This document shows positions 25,452-39,300 of a stretch of 64,000 nt of DNA, piece after piece. The stretch spans positions 620,001 through 684,000 of the forward strand of contig NOWV01000022.1 of NCBI GenBank assembly GCA_003344405.1, read 5' to 3'. A program made the translations under genes and the position numbers. The stretch is from Trichoplax sp. H2. Taxonomy: Eukaryota. Within the stretch, counting starts at the first letter, position 1. Each line of letters opens with the position of its first letter. The notes beneath the pieces were generated by a model. It was not told the origin of the DNA, did not search any database, and worked only from the letters and a program-made list of their open reading frames with translations.

Positions 25452-27533
25452 TTATAATTCAAAGTAACAATGAGTCTCAGTTGGAAATCGAATGTTGCTA
25501 TTTATTCGCCTCCAGATAGTCAAGTTATCTTTATGTCCAGGCCAATTCGGTAAATTGACTCTTTTGATACATCGAAATGATTTTAAAAGTTCTAATTGGA
25601 ACTTGCAGGACGTTGATTGACCCCAAGGATTGAAAGAAAGCGTCTCACCAAATAATTCGCCAATATGGATTATACAATCACCTTTATAATGAGATAAACA
25701 ATCCACAGAGAAACTGGACTCGTCTAGAATAATTACATATATGATGAGAACGCTATAAAGTCATTTATTAATTTATAAACTGTTTCTATTATGCAACAAG
25801 TACAGCAGTGGTCGACGTAAGTATTTACAACTCCAGTAAAAAATGAAGGCCATTAGCAAACTACGCAGAGCATAGCTAAGAAATTCAAATTAACAAGACT
25901 AATGCAATATTTATATACGATAATGAAAGCTTACCGGTGTCGTCAGGCCAAGCCAGCATAAGTGCATAATCGCTATATTGGGATAATAATTCACTAGATC
26001 CAGTCTATGAATAAAAAATTTATTAAAATTGTAAAAAATCATTTGGATGTAATATTTCTCGTTGTCATCATGAAATATATTTTATCGCCATAGCCTTCTT
26101 TGTTATAATAGTATTGAAAAGTTTGAGGCTTTGAAATCTGTAAGCTAGAGAACTTAAATCCAGACTAGATCTATGTTAATAGTACATAGTATATGACGCT
26201 GACGTTTACGTCATAGCTGCGTAAACTAAGTAATTCGTGTTCTGAAAAAATACATCATGTCACCATAGCATAAAAGTCATTTACAACTTGTGATTACTAA
26301 CAAAATATGCCATTTTAATTTAATTTAAATGTACCTGCAAAATCTTGCCTTAACTAAATAGAGGCTAAAACATAATATGAATGTAAACTTTAAAAGGCCT
26401 AAGTTACCTGAATAGTGATATAGTGCATCTCCTTTGGATAAACACCATTAGCATCAAAAGCTATAATCTCAACACCACGCGATGCTAGAAGAAATTCCCA
26501 ATAACCGCAACCCTGTTGAGCATAAATATTATATAAAATTGATATTACATTCTTTCATGAATTTAGCCTGCATTTCTTTACAATTAAGAAGAGATTAACG
26601 TTTACACATTAAGTTATTAATAATTATACTGTACATCTAAAGGGTAATCAAGAACTACAGTATTACTAATAATATTTTACTTAACAGAACACTGTCTGAA
26701 CTACGTACAGCTCCTGCTGATACAATCTTTCGACGTAAAGAACAAAGGGTATTGATTGCCTCTAGCGTCGGTACCGAAAATGCAAATAAAATTTGCAAAG
26801 TTTGACACGAAGTTTTATCATCAGGATTCCTGCGAGAATAAATATGTTAAATGATAAAGTTGAACCAAATTAAGTTAGGCAGATACAAAGTCAGATTACA
26901 AGCAAGTTAATCACAGTTCTGTCATCTACAGCATATATTATCTTGATAGATACAATAGACCAAATGATTGGATTTTAACAGGGTAGCTATCGTTTTTCTG
27001 GATATTAAAAGATATCCGTTTAGTACGTTTATGGTGTAATAGTAGCCTGCATCATCATTTTACAGAAATAGTAGGAATTTAGTTTACTCTCGACTGTCAA
27101 GGTTGAGCAATGGGAGAAATGTACGATTTGTTTACAATTTGGAGGAAGTATTCAATTGAGTATAGATACTGATGTAAAGGTTCACGTTCTCGATTACAAT
27201 TGTGCCACTAAATAGGCTATTCGCAGGCAAACACCTAGTACTGTATTTTATTAGCTATGATATTGTGCCTAAGCCAAGAGGCAGCCATATCGAATAACGC
27301 TGGATGCTAGTGATGCAAAGAAGGAAAATACAAATCTATGCTGGAAATTACCTAATCCAATGCGTTAACTCCTTCTTTCGTTGTTGATCGTAGGTTGGAT
27401 CGCAAAATCGGACTAAATCGGGAGGTGCAGCAGCCATTTTCCATTGATAAACAGTGTAGTAAAAAGGATGGCTATTTTCATCTTCAGATCCAACCCGGCG
27501 TAATTCAATACTATGAAATATCGGGGAAGCCAT
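25452..27533 (-). CDS. Uncharacterised class I SAM-dependent methyltransferase-like protein
   Basis: 5 phase-compatible exons: 27533-27352, 26829-26709, 26512-26408, 26004-25935, 25723-25452. Spliced protein contains FAFSVPTLEAI, motif-I-like KIVSAGAGCGYWEFLLASRGVEIIAFD, LMLAWPD, YKGDCIIHIGE and LPNWPGHKDNLTIWRR. The gene is well supported; the fold assignment rests on the GxGxG motif and the acidic end of strand 2. Confidence 0.8.
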
Positions 27534-28589
27534 AACCCATAAAAAGTTTAAACGTCTTTTCTTTCTACCCGATGAGATACTACCACTACCGCGTTATTCA
27601 AGCTTAATTAATTGATAATGCTCCTGAGTTGAGGCATCCAATGCAGCAATAGTATAATCTCCATAAGAATTTTCACCTCCAAAAAGTCAACATACCCTTT
27701 GCCTATTGGAAAACCATTGGCAATAAATCGATAATGTTGTAACCATTCTGCCAGCTAGGATTAAAATACTGCAATTTATAGCATTGAAGTCGAAGGGGAT
27801 TTTTGTCCTTACTTTCACGACTTTAATCTCCGATATACTTCCATAATTTTGGTAATTTGAATGATCGCAGTCTATGCGATCGCAATTGCCATAGCAATAT
27901 AGAGCAGATCTGTACCGGTCCAACTGGTACTCAACCAGTGACAGTAATAGCCTGAAGTAGAGCTTACTAACTCAGACGTCAGCGATAATTGCATACTAAA
28001 TATATAGACAGTCGGCAAAATTGGTTATGGTATAGACGTTTTAAAAAGGTGGCCAACCAGGCGGTCGATCGTGTTACTCCACTACTGTAGCTCAAACATC
28101 AGTGACAATTTCATACTAACATATATCACTAGAATTGGTAGCATTACCTACTCCGCCTTACATAGTTTAAGCTAGGAATTAACTCAAAATTTCCTCTCAC
28201 TTACCTATAATTCCTTGTTTTCCCTGTTACTAGCGAAAAGTAGAAATTTTCTTGGACGTTTAGTTTGAGCATAGATCCCTTTTATAGCATTTTTTGCAGG
28301 ATGCACGCACGAGCTCATGCATCGGTGCCAATTTCATACTCAAGTTTATATTTGAATCGGCAGCTAATGTGCCTACAGGGCGTCTCAGAACATTACTGTT
28401 TGCGATATTAAAATCTCCAGAACATGATCTTACTGCATGCAAAATTTGGAAATAAAGTTGGGACGCATCTTTCATACAGAACTAAATAAGATGTGTCCAG
28501 ACTTTCCGGACACCCTACCCTGTCCTTGCAAACAGCCGAAAGTTCTGCTGGTCCAAGGGTGTGGGGTCAACTCCCCCTGCCCCTCCTCT

Positions 28590-28650
28590 CTACAGTCCCA
28601 AGCTACAGTAGTAAGTACTGTACTTTACTATGCTGTACTGTACTGTAGCT
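28590..28650. repeat. CAGTA/TACTG-type repeat patch upstream of serine dehydratase
   Basis: ctacagtagtaagtactgtactttactatgctgtactgtactgtagc. Confidence 0.7.
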
Positions 28651-28948
28651 TGAAGCCGTGAACTATAATATTGCTCGCATCATCTCTAGGTAACCACATC
28701 GGACAGCAAGAGCTTCAATTTGCAGGCCAGCCACCAATGCTATATCTAAAAAAAATAAACTAACGGAAACCTTCAACGATCATTCGAGTATTTTGACTTA
28801 TTAAATCTCGATATCTTAAAGATCAACAACGATTTGAAAACGGTATACATAAATTCTACTCCAATTAGTTTTAAGTAAGAAATGAATTTCAAATCGTATT
28901 TCAATAATAATGATGAATAACATTGCTTAATGTCAGTCTAGATCAACC

Positions 28949-31762
28949 ATGTCTCAAGATAAATTGCATATCCAAACGCCTTTAATTGAAAGCTATCCTT
29001 TGTCAAAGCTATTGAAATGCCCAGTCTATCTCAAGATGGAAAATTTACAACCTTCAGCATCTTTTAAAATTCGTGGTATTGGCAATATATGCCAGAAAGT
29101 AAGTTGATGTCAACTTGTCTTCTTGTCAATCGACTCTTTTTGTTTATCTAAGCTTTTTTCATCAAAATCCATTGATTAATTATCAAGATAATTGCTGACG
29201 ATAGTATAAACAAGTTATCACCATTTAATGTAGGTACAGTAGGTTGCTTAGTTAGATATTTTCATCAAAATCCAAATAATATTAATTAATTATATATCCA
29301 TACGATAGCGAACAGTAGCATAGATAAATTGCCATCATTCTGGGCAGTACTGTAGTTTAAGTAAGACAGACATTCTTTGTCTTTCTTGATAAAATTGCGC
29401 AGCAATTCATTTTAGCTGATATTATATACATATAAATGAACCTGTATGACTGGATTACTAATAATAATGTTGAAATAATAGATTACCAGGAAACTCCAAT
29501 AGCTTAGTAAACCTTGTATAATGGCTACGTAGAATCTTGCAATGTAATCAAAAATATCATTTAGGTTGTTTATCGACAACTTTTAGTTTTAATGCTAGAG
29601 TACAATATTTATATATAACTCTGAACTGACTGAACAATTGACACACTAAGCTTAAACAAATAAAATACGTTTAGCTGTTATAATGGCAGAATGTCATCTT
29701 TATACTACATAAACATCTGATTTGAATTCATGTTGCTGATCTTGAAACCAAATCCTTATTCTACCATTATTATAGGCTATAAAGAATGGATGCACACATA
29801 TTATTGGATCTTCAGGTAAATGACACAGCTCTTACTTTATTTTATAATACCCGTATTGTATTGGAAAAGTTTACTCGCGATGGCGATGTTATTACGGATT
29901 GTACGTGATCAACTTCTGTAAATCGAATCGAATTTCTTAAAGTGAGATACTCTATCATATCTTCATTCACAGTCGATGCAATAAGACTTATCTTCCATAA
30001 TTAAATATAATGTATTACCAAATATCAATATGAACTGTAATGACTATCAATAAAATCATTCAGATAGCAACAGTTCGAATAAAAAGTTGAAGTGAAGCTC
30101 AACTCTAAAGGATAATTAAAGGCAAACTATAACTTCTCTGTTATGAAAGCAGTAATCAAAAAATAAAATTGAAAATATTGCTGTATGCTTAAAAATTGTA
30201 CATAAAATTACAATTATATCTTCTTGTTATAAATGTCATATTAGGCGGTAATGCCGGATTAGCTATGGCTTACGCTACACACAAGTTAGCAGTTAAGTGT
30301 ACCATCGTGGTTCCTTGTCCTACACCCCAACACTTAAAGGACACCATTGTTGAACTAGGTGCAAACCTGGTTGTCAAAGGCCAGGTAAAATTAGTATCAA
30401 ATGACATTATATTAATATTACTAATAAATTTTGCTGTACAATGTGCTATATTCTAATTTCAATATTTTTAAGTTAAGCAAAGAAAGGCAATAAGATAATT
30501 AACTGTTTTTCTCATTTATAACATACTAAATTGCGTCTCAACTAGGAAATATAAATAAAGTTAACATGTTATCGCCAAAAATTACCACCTTATGAATTTA
30601 AGAAACTTTAAATATTTGAAAAAATAAATCCTATTTAAATATCTTTAGATATGGAATGATGCTGAAGCTGCTGCAAAAGAAATCGCCAAAGAAACAGGTT
30701 ACACAATAGTGAACAATCAATTCCAAATGGAAAATAAAAATTCCCTAAACGAGATTTGAAAGATTTTGAAATTGCTGCTTTTTATATTTTAGGTGGCTGG
30801 TACTTACCCCCATTTGATCATCCTGACGTTTGGTACGTGTTGGTACACGGTGTTAAGTATACAAAGAGTTTATCTAAGATCACATTTTTGTATTACAGGG
30901 AAGGTAACTCATCAATCATGGATGAAATCCAATCACAGATTCCAGAAAAGCCAGGCGCATTAATAGTAGCTGTCGGAGGGGCTGGATTATTGTTAGGGAT
31001 TTTGCAAGGCATGCACCGTTTTGGCTGGTCTGATGTACCGATCATTACTGCTGAAACTGAAGGCACTAGGAGCTTTGCGGAAACCTTCAAGGCTGGAGAA
31101 TTGGTTACGTTGCCAACAATTACAGGGTAAAATTTAAGCTCTATGTATATTGCTATCATATCTTTAGTCGTTTATGGTCTCTTTTATATCACGATATATT
31201 TATATATTATATAGTATACTCTAATAGCTTATAGCAATAAGATTTAAATCAAAATCTTCAATTATAGAATTGCAAAGTGTCTTGGTGCTCGTGCCGTTGC
31301 TTCCGAATGCGTTAAATGGCTTAAAATTCACACTTTTCATCCAGTTTTGGTAGAAGATCGAGAAGCTGTAAATGCCTGCTCACGATTCGCAGGTATCTTT
31401 TCTATTTATAAATATTTTTATAGTATCATAACGTAATAAATGCACTTTGATAACAAGTATGATTTATCTATCGAAGTGGTATCTGTACAAGTTTAATAGA
31501 TTTGAAATGTCCGACAACAGTAACTCCATTGTTATACTTGTTACTGTATCCTCATACTTTATATTCATTAATAGATGATCACAGGACATTAGTACAACCT
31601 GCATGTGGAGCCGGTTTAGCGGTCGCTTACAGTGGGAAATTAGAGGAATTGCGACAGAATGGACATATAAAGACGGACAAGCCGATTGTTATCATAGTTT
31701 GTGGCGGTTATAGCGTAACACATGAACTAATGCAAGGCTGGAAAAAAGAATTTAATCTATAA
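28949..31762 (+). CDS. SDS: L-serine/threonine dehydratase (SDS/SDSL family, fold-type II PLP enzyme)
   Basis: 8 exons: 28949-29098, 29776-29815, 30245-30384, 30649-30697, 30793-30832, 30899-31126, 31268-31392, 31575-31762. Motifs: LHIQTPL, LKMENLQPSASFKIRGIG (PLP Lys), SSGGNAGLA, PPFDHP, VAVGGAGLL, LVQPACGAGLA, IIVCGG. Confidence 0.95.
29155..29375. repeat. Diverged direct duplication (~105 bp period) in SDS intron 1
   Basis: ttttcatcaaaatcca...attaattat...acgatag occurs at ~29156 and ~29259. Confidence 0.6.
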
Positions 31763-33342
31763 AATAAAAAGAGAATCGTTAGTTAAACTAAAAATTGGTT
31801 CACTGTAGACTTACCGTTTGCTCTTACATTTGTAAAAGTCTAGTGATCTTAATAGTGTCATCAGTATATACTGATTGTATAAGCAAGTTGCCTACTCTGA
31901 CTAATGGATGTATGGGATTATCATCACGGCAATTGTTGCGTATTTATTTACTGGACTATCTGCCGATGTTAATCTGCCGTTTAAAGAAGTTATTTATTTA
32001 CAATTAAATAAACTGCGGATAACTTTCCGTATCATATCTATACCACTTCCCTTATTACTGGATCTATCAAATAATAAATAAACTAATACTTGATTAGCAC
32101 TACTTGGGAATATAAACGGATAAATATTCGTTCTTTTATCTAAGATGGCTATTAATACTCCACGTCACTAAGACTAAAAAAAGAAATGAAATCAGTGATG
32201 TACATACGTTTACTAATCTAAATCTAGCACACGACTATAATGTAATCTACACGTACAGTAGTTTCTCGATTTCTAAAATATACCTAGAACCGTATACTAC
32301 CCTAGACAGTCAGAATTATAACTCCTTCAGCAACATCGCTACAGTTTATTGTGTTAAAATGAATACTTATAAAAACCATCTTAGCAGGAAATCTAAAATA
32401 ATAATACAGTATTACCTGGACAAATCTAATGATAATCTTGATATACAGTAATCCGTTTATAATACTTATATCGGAGAAAATGAACTGTGTTTCATACATT
32501 ACAATATTTAATTTTTCTAGTCTGTATATGCAACCAGTACAGTATACAATTATCTATACAGTGCATGTACATGTACTGTAAATACCACTTAATATCATTA
32601 CGTTTATATTAGCAATTTTAACTCTTTGCCCAAAGTTTAACTATAGTATGTTCAATTTTGCTACGACCAAGAAATCTTCAGTCTCATAATATAGTATTTA
32701 ACTTTTCTAGCTAAGTAGTTATAATATGCAATATTGAAGGGACGTTTTTTAAGCGAGGTCGAAAGCCTAATAATTGTAATTACTTTGAATAGTTTGCAAG
32801 ATAAAGAAAAAATATTAACATGTGTACTGTGTTGATACTTATGTAGGTAGGTTCAGACGCACAGCCAGTATACTCTTACTAATTGCAATCATTTATTACA
32901 AATGAAGTAATTCCTGCAATAGTTAAGAATTAAACGGACCAGCTTTTGTCATTGAAAAATACAATTTAAAAGGATATGGTCAGTTGACACTTTACCAAGT
33001 TTAGGTGGGTTTATCAATTAAGTTAATTTTAAACCGCACGAAATTTAAGAGTGACGCATAATTGAAAACAAAAAAGCATAATATTTGTCCTGACCAGAGA
33101 AAAGCATATTCACCTGCCAGCAAGTTTTGAGAATAAATCCATTGAAAATAATGTTTTCTCTAATGGTAATACAGCGGTAAAGGCAATGTACCGTAACTTG
33201 TATACGGTAATCAGAATGTTAAATTATAATTACACATGCTCACATATAATAACTCCTTGATATTAAAATGATTTCGTTTTAAATTAACTTTCAAAAGCTA
33301 TATATATATATACACATAGATGACGGATTCCTCTCATTAAAT

Positions 33343-36300
33343 TCAAAATATATCAGGGGATGATGAAAAGTCTTGAACATCACGACTTTCCCAATAGTTA
33401 CCGCGGTATACATGAACATCTCGATTGCAAAATTCATCAAATACTTTCTTAAACCATATCGGCTCAAAAGGTTTCGGCGGTAAATTCCCGCTTTCTTTCG
33501 CAGATGTAACCATAGCTTCATATTTATGACGTTTTCCACGTTGTTTTTCCTCTAAACGAAGTTTTTCACTATTAGCGCCATCAAAATCACCCTTCTCCAT
33601 GCAGCGTTGGTCAGGTCTTAGCCTAGAATCGGTAGGAGCAATGCCATCTACAGGTGCATTTAGTGAGCAGGTTAAAGGTGCAAACCCGTACATATTTTCT
33701 CTTCCTGGCCTATTACGTATAAAACAGATATATAAGTAATTCACCAAACTTCTAGCAGAAAGTGATAAAATCAATACTCACGGTAAGGAATTCTTTTGCC
33801 AAGATAGCGTAGATTGCGTAGTTGGAGGTGGTTTACCAGATTTCACAGCATTATAATACTCTTCTAATGGGATTGGATCAATAACTTTTGCATATTCTAT
33901 TTTATTATCCCAGGTGCCATTAATGACGTACCGTACTAATCGCTTAGCGTCAACAACTTGGCCGGATACCTAAGATACGTTACAGTGGACGCGTGATATA
34001 GTAAAGGTTAGCGTATCCTTCGTTGAAACAAAGTAATATACCGTAAATAACTATTCACAAATCTTATTAAAATATAGTATTACCTTCCGTGGAGTATCTC
34101 GGGCAAAGTAACTATAAGCCGAATATTTCAAATAACACTTGTCGCGATTACGATGATTAGTAATTTCCATTTCACCAGACTATAGAAGTTATCAGATAAA
34201 TTTAATTTAATTATAGATGAAACTTGCATTTTTGTTAAAAATTATAATGCTTAAAATACCCTACAATATTAATGAAGAATATTTCAATAAGTTGATTGGT
34301 ATAATGATTATACCTGATCAACCCAAAGTTTTCCAACAATTATATTGTGGATAGTGGTGGTAACTTTTCTCCATGTATAGTGGTTACCGCTTTTTGGAAA
34401 TACTAAATGTGCAATCCCTTGGGGAATGATTTGGATATATTTACCGCGAAATTTACTAGTCATACTAAAATCTTGCCATAAAACCCAATCTTTGTGTTCT
34501 ACATATTGTGCGGAAGCTGGTGGATGATGACTGACCTATACGATTAACCAGCATGTTAATTAGTGCTGCGAAGTACCCCTTGTAAACGATGTGTAAATCA
34601 TAATTATTACTGTACCTGCTCGCATAATGATCTCCAGCCAAGGTCAGATCTCCGATCGTATTCAAATGTTTCCCCAAGTAACGGATTAAAAGGCTTTGAA
34701 ATTCTATAAGTAGTATTGGCGTAAGAAGACACTGTGAACGCTGCTACATAAGCTAACTGTTCACAAGGATCATCACACGCAGCAGCTCGATCGAGTATTT
34801 CAGAATATTCTAGATCTTCTGTCAGCCGTTGTAGGAAAGATAGCGGCTCATTAAAATTAACCTAAAAGATAATCATTTACAAAACTCTTACACCATTGTC
34901 TAACAAACCATTCTCTAAATGATAAGAATGTAAATATTTAAAAATGCTCTCATTTACTGGCAAGGGGATTTTCGTCAACTCTTTGCCAATACAATTTTTT
35001 AAAATACTCCATAAATTTAGGCGAATATTAGGTTTCTCAGGAATACGATCACGAAGTAGTACATCAATTCTTTTTCCGTTAAAGAAATTCTTATATAATA
35101 TAAAATTTCAAGAAAAAATTAATTTCAATGATTTAAAATCATAAATAAGCTATCAAAATAAACAGTCACCTTTGCAGGGCCTTCCAATAACATTCGTATC
35201 TCAGGGCTACTACATGCTGGAACAAGTGGCAAATTAGCTTCAGCTCCATCACATTCTTCTTCTGTTTCCGTGTTAATATTAGCGGATGGTTGACTGCTTG
35301 TTGAAGATACGCTAACTGAAGGTTTTATCAGCGGTGTATTAGCAGGAACATCAACGGTAACATCCGTAGCATCATAAAACTCATTATCACTTTCGTCGTC
35401 GGATGTATTCATAGCAAGATCTTGTGATAATTTTCTTCCTATAAAATATAGACAACAGAAGGGTTAACATATTTCGATTTCGTTCTTAAAGTTAGCAACA
35501 AAGATAAAAGCAGCTTTGATCGTTCTCATAACCATGTCCTTTTATACTGCTCGATCTGGAGATTTTATTTTGAGCTCGTAAACGAATTTCTAAATGATTC
35601 ATTTGTTTAGCTAGTGTCTCTAAAGATTCTTCTAAAGTTGCACGCTTTTGTCGCTCGAAATCAATAGCCTGTTGCCATCTCCTTTCTTGACTTTGTGCTA
35701 ACGAGAGATACTCTTCGCAAGCCTACTCAAAAAATTATTAACTATGTCGTTATGAAATTAACTAAATGTCTTTACATAATTCTAAATAAGTAATTCTGTA
35801 TTTCTAGATACATACAGATTCGCATTTAAGAAGCTTAGCTGAGCATAAAAACACAATATTCATATACCTTGGCTAAATCCACAGCGGTAATTTTAAACAT
35901 CGATGCTTTATCACTAATGGTGATTAGAGCATTATCGTTTTCTGTTCCATCTACCAGTATTTCACTTATACTCCTTTGAAATGAGGATAAATGGCTAACT
36001 ACTAATTCATGTCGTGTTTGAAGTTCTTTCATTTTATTTCCAAGTGATCTAACATAAGGTGCAATTTCTATCTTGCCAACATCTTCCTCATCACCTAGTG
36101 AAAAGTAAGATTAAAAATTTTAGATCATTTCAAGATAACGGAATAAAGTTTTGATCTTGAGCTTGATCAAATAGAGAAAAAAATAACCACTGTATTAGGC
36201 ATGACCTACAGAAGTCTGCCAATGCAACTTAGCATCAAAGAATTGAAATACCTAAGAAAAGATTTGAACTATTGCTACACGTACGCTTAAATACTAATTA

Positions 36301-39300
36301 AGTATACATTAATATAGCGTCAAATACATACGCGTATATATATATTAAAAATACAGTGTAAGTAATATGTGTATATTACCAAAGCTTTGATAAGAGTAAA
36401 AATGACAACAATAACAGGGTACTTGATATAATTGTGATTCAATAAGGCATGAAACGCAAATATATCAAATGACGAAGAGTAATTATGTAATATAAGTTTA
36501 ATAAAAGTGATTAAGTAAAAGTTATTGCGCTGATTTTGTATCCTACCAATTGCACCAATAATAAATAAGCGTCAATTTCATTGCTAATATACCACTTAGT
36601 TAGAATTTTTATACATACAATAAATACAAAATAGTACAGTAATACGAGTATATTAAAAAAATATTTGTGTTGAAATAACCATATAGATGCTGTATGCATA
36701 AAACCGTAAATTCAAAAGGATTGTAAGAAGGTCGAATAAAATTTCGATGGATAAATATCTGTACCATTATTTGTGTAATAATAGACATGATAATATCGCC
36801 AAAAATGATGTTGGGGATATTACTTTCTAGTCTTATCGAATCACCGTTCATTTAGTAATAATTTCGGTACAAATTTCTGATCATAATTATTTATATTAAA
36901 AGAGATGTGATCTAATACAGATAAATGGATTTACCTATGATGAGCGTTGTACAGTATCTATTGGTAATTAAAACAGTACATTGTTCATCATGATGAATAG
37001 CACTAAACTTCGATATTATCTACGGAATAGCTTAATCTACGAATGCTATTTTCGAAAGCGTAAAGACCCAATTATTAGTTGTTATTATTGTATTATAAGA
37101 GAAACGAAGGCTTGACATAGTATTGCTGACATAATATCAAATATACTTGACCTTGCATTATTAAAAAAATCAGGTGAATTCACTCAATTTGTATCTGCTA
37201 ATCTATTCCTAAATGATATTATCTATCGGAGGAATACATCCAGTTGGAACTATATGCGAGGCAAAAATTGCCATGAATAGCAACATCTCATGCGTAGGAG
37301 ATACGAACCGATAATAACCTGTTTGTACTAACATAGATTTAGATTTGAATATAGTGTAAATTGATTAACTGTGTAATATCTCCACTCCAATTTATCTCTT
37401 CGGCTGACAGATTATGTTTTAGTCCTACTGTATATTACAAAAGATACTTTAGGTATACATATTCTACAATTTGTGAAAATAAACTAAACCGACATCAAAC
37501 TTATTATCAAAAACTACAAATTGCCATGGTATGATACAGTATCTAGAGTTTTTGGCCATATTTCCAGAGATCGATCAGGCAAGATGTAGGAGTTATTGTC
37601 AAGAACTATGATTAAATTCTTGCACATTCTTTCAAGCATGACATTTAAAAAATTCATCACTATACACGTAATTAGTTCTATAACGTCGCTGCTATTGCAC
37701 TATAGGAACCTTTAACAACTTGGCAGAATTCATCTTCGTCGCTAAAATCGTCGACAGTGTGAACTGTATTAAACAAATGCAAAATAATAAAGTATGAAAT
37801 AATATATAATTACAAATACTCGCTGCTTTGCTAAATGGTGCTTACTGAATTTGACTATAACAAGGTGCAATGGAATCACAAACGATAAACAAATTGTGCA
37901 AGAAGGCGAAATGCGTGCACTTTCATTTATAATTGATAAGCGTAATCAATCCATTTTTTTACTCATATTGTAAGAATATTTGTCAACAATAGCCAACATA
38001 TGGCAATTTTAATTTGTATAAGACAAATTCACGAGTGCGTTGTATTAGTGACTACTCAATATAAAAACAAAAAAATCTTTTCTTTTAGCTTGAGTAGTCC
38101 TAACTCTATCTAATATACTGTATATGTGTGCTGGTAAAAGATGTATTATAATTAAGTTTTAAGACGTTCTTCCCTTACTTAAGATATAGACTGATAAGCG
38201 TTTTTCTTGATATATTTTTAGCAACTAATCTTATAGTGATATGTCAAGTAAACAGAATAAAGTTGCTGATACATTGATAATATCACTTTCAAAGCTATTT
38301 AACTATAATAAGTCTATAGGTCTAAAGATCAACTATTTTTACGGCCGCTATGAAGTAATATCACTCAAAATATAAATTACTAATAGTCTATTATAATTAG
38401 CCATAGATGAGAGTGTTTAACCTCGATATCGTTGTATCATAATAATTTAGAATAGTTATGTTAGGGCAAGATTATCACGATCACTTTGTATTAGAGTACG
38501 CCATAGCATTTTAGTAGTCCATCGTAGTAGGCATACAGTCAATTAAGTATCGTTATATCGTCGATAAATTTCATCATCGTTGATTATTGATACGCTAATT
38601 TACTTATTCATTCGAGAATATTGACGAGTGTTAAAAAGTTGGAGTTTTATAAACTAGCAGTAACTTATCGATACGTATAGTATACCTACATTAGATTACT
38701 TAACCGAATTGAATAATTTCAGTATCAACTATAAGCATATGCTAGATACGTACAGTATGTACGTAGGTGTCTAACCGTAAAATATTTATATACAATACAA
38801 GTAAGCTACGGTATAATTAAATTAAAATAATTATTTTAGTCTAAAGTAAGGTGTACACAACGGTCTTTCTTACCAGTACATGATGTACTACAGGCTAATT
38901 TAGTAAGGAGACGTATTTGTTGTATTCATATTCACGATTAATAAATTAAGATATAATTCCTACCCCGAATCGAGCTCTTTTTGATAATTTAATTAAAATT
39001 AATAGACGGCTGTTGTTGAAAATAACTGTATTTTGAAATCAGTTAAGGTTCAGGTGTACTTAAAAAGGTGCTATAAACTTGCAGCTGAGGAGAAAACACT
39101 TTACTGTACAGTAGTATATAATAATAAATAACTCGTAATTTCCTAACGTATAAGGAAGGCACTATTGTAAAAACATATTATCGAACTACTTAAGAAAACA
39201 CGAATAAGACTTTTTCTATTAGAATATTGCTATTTAATTACCTATATAGACACAATCGGATTCATTTGAATTTATTATAATTACAAATTATCAATGCAAC

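Noticed and set aside
28040..28600. GC-richer stretch with a C-rich end as a possible MITE or transposon remnant; CTACAGTCCCA as a ZNF143-like site
   Set aside because: No matching terminal inverted repeat or target-site duplication was found, and the motif match is partial and single.
31393..31574. SDS intron 7 donor GTATCTTT as a U12-type intron
   Set aside because: It mismatches the RTATCCTT consensus and there is no convincing TCCTTAAC branch point.
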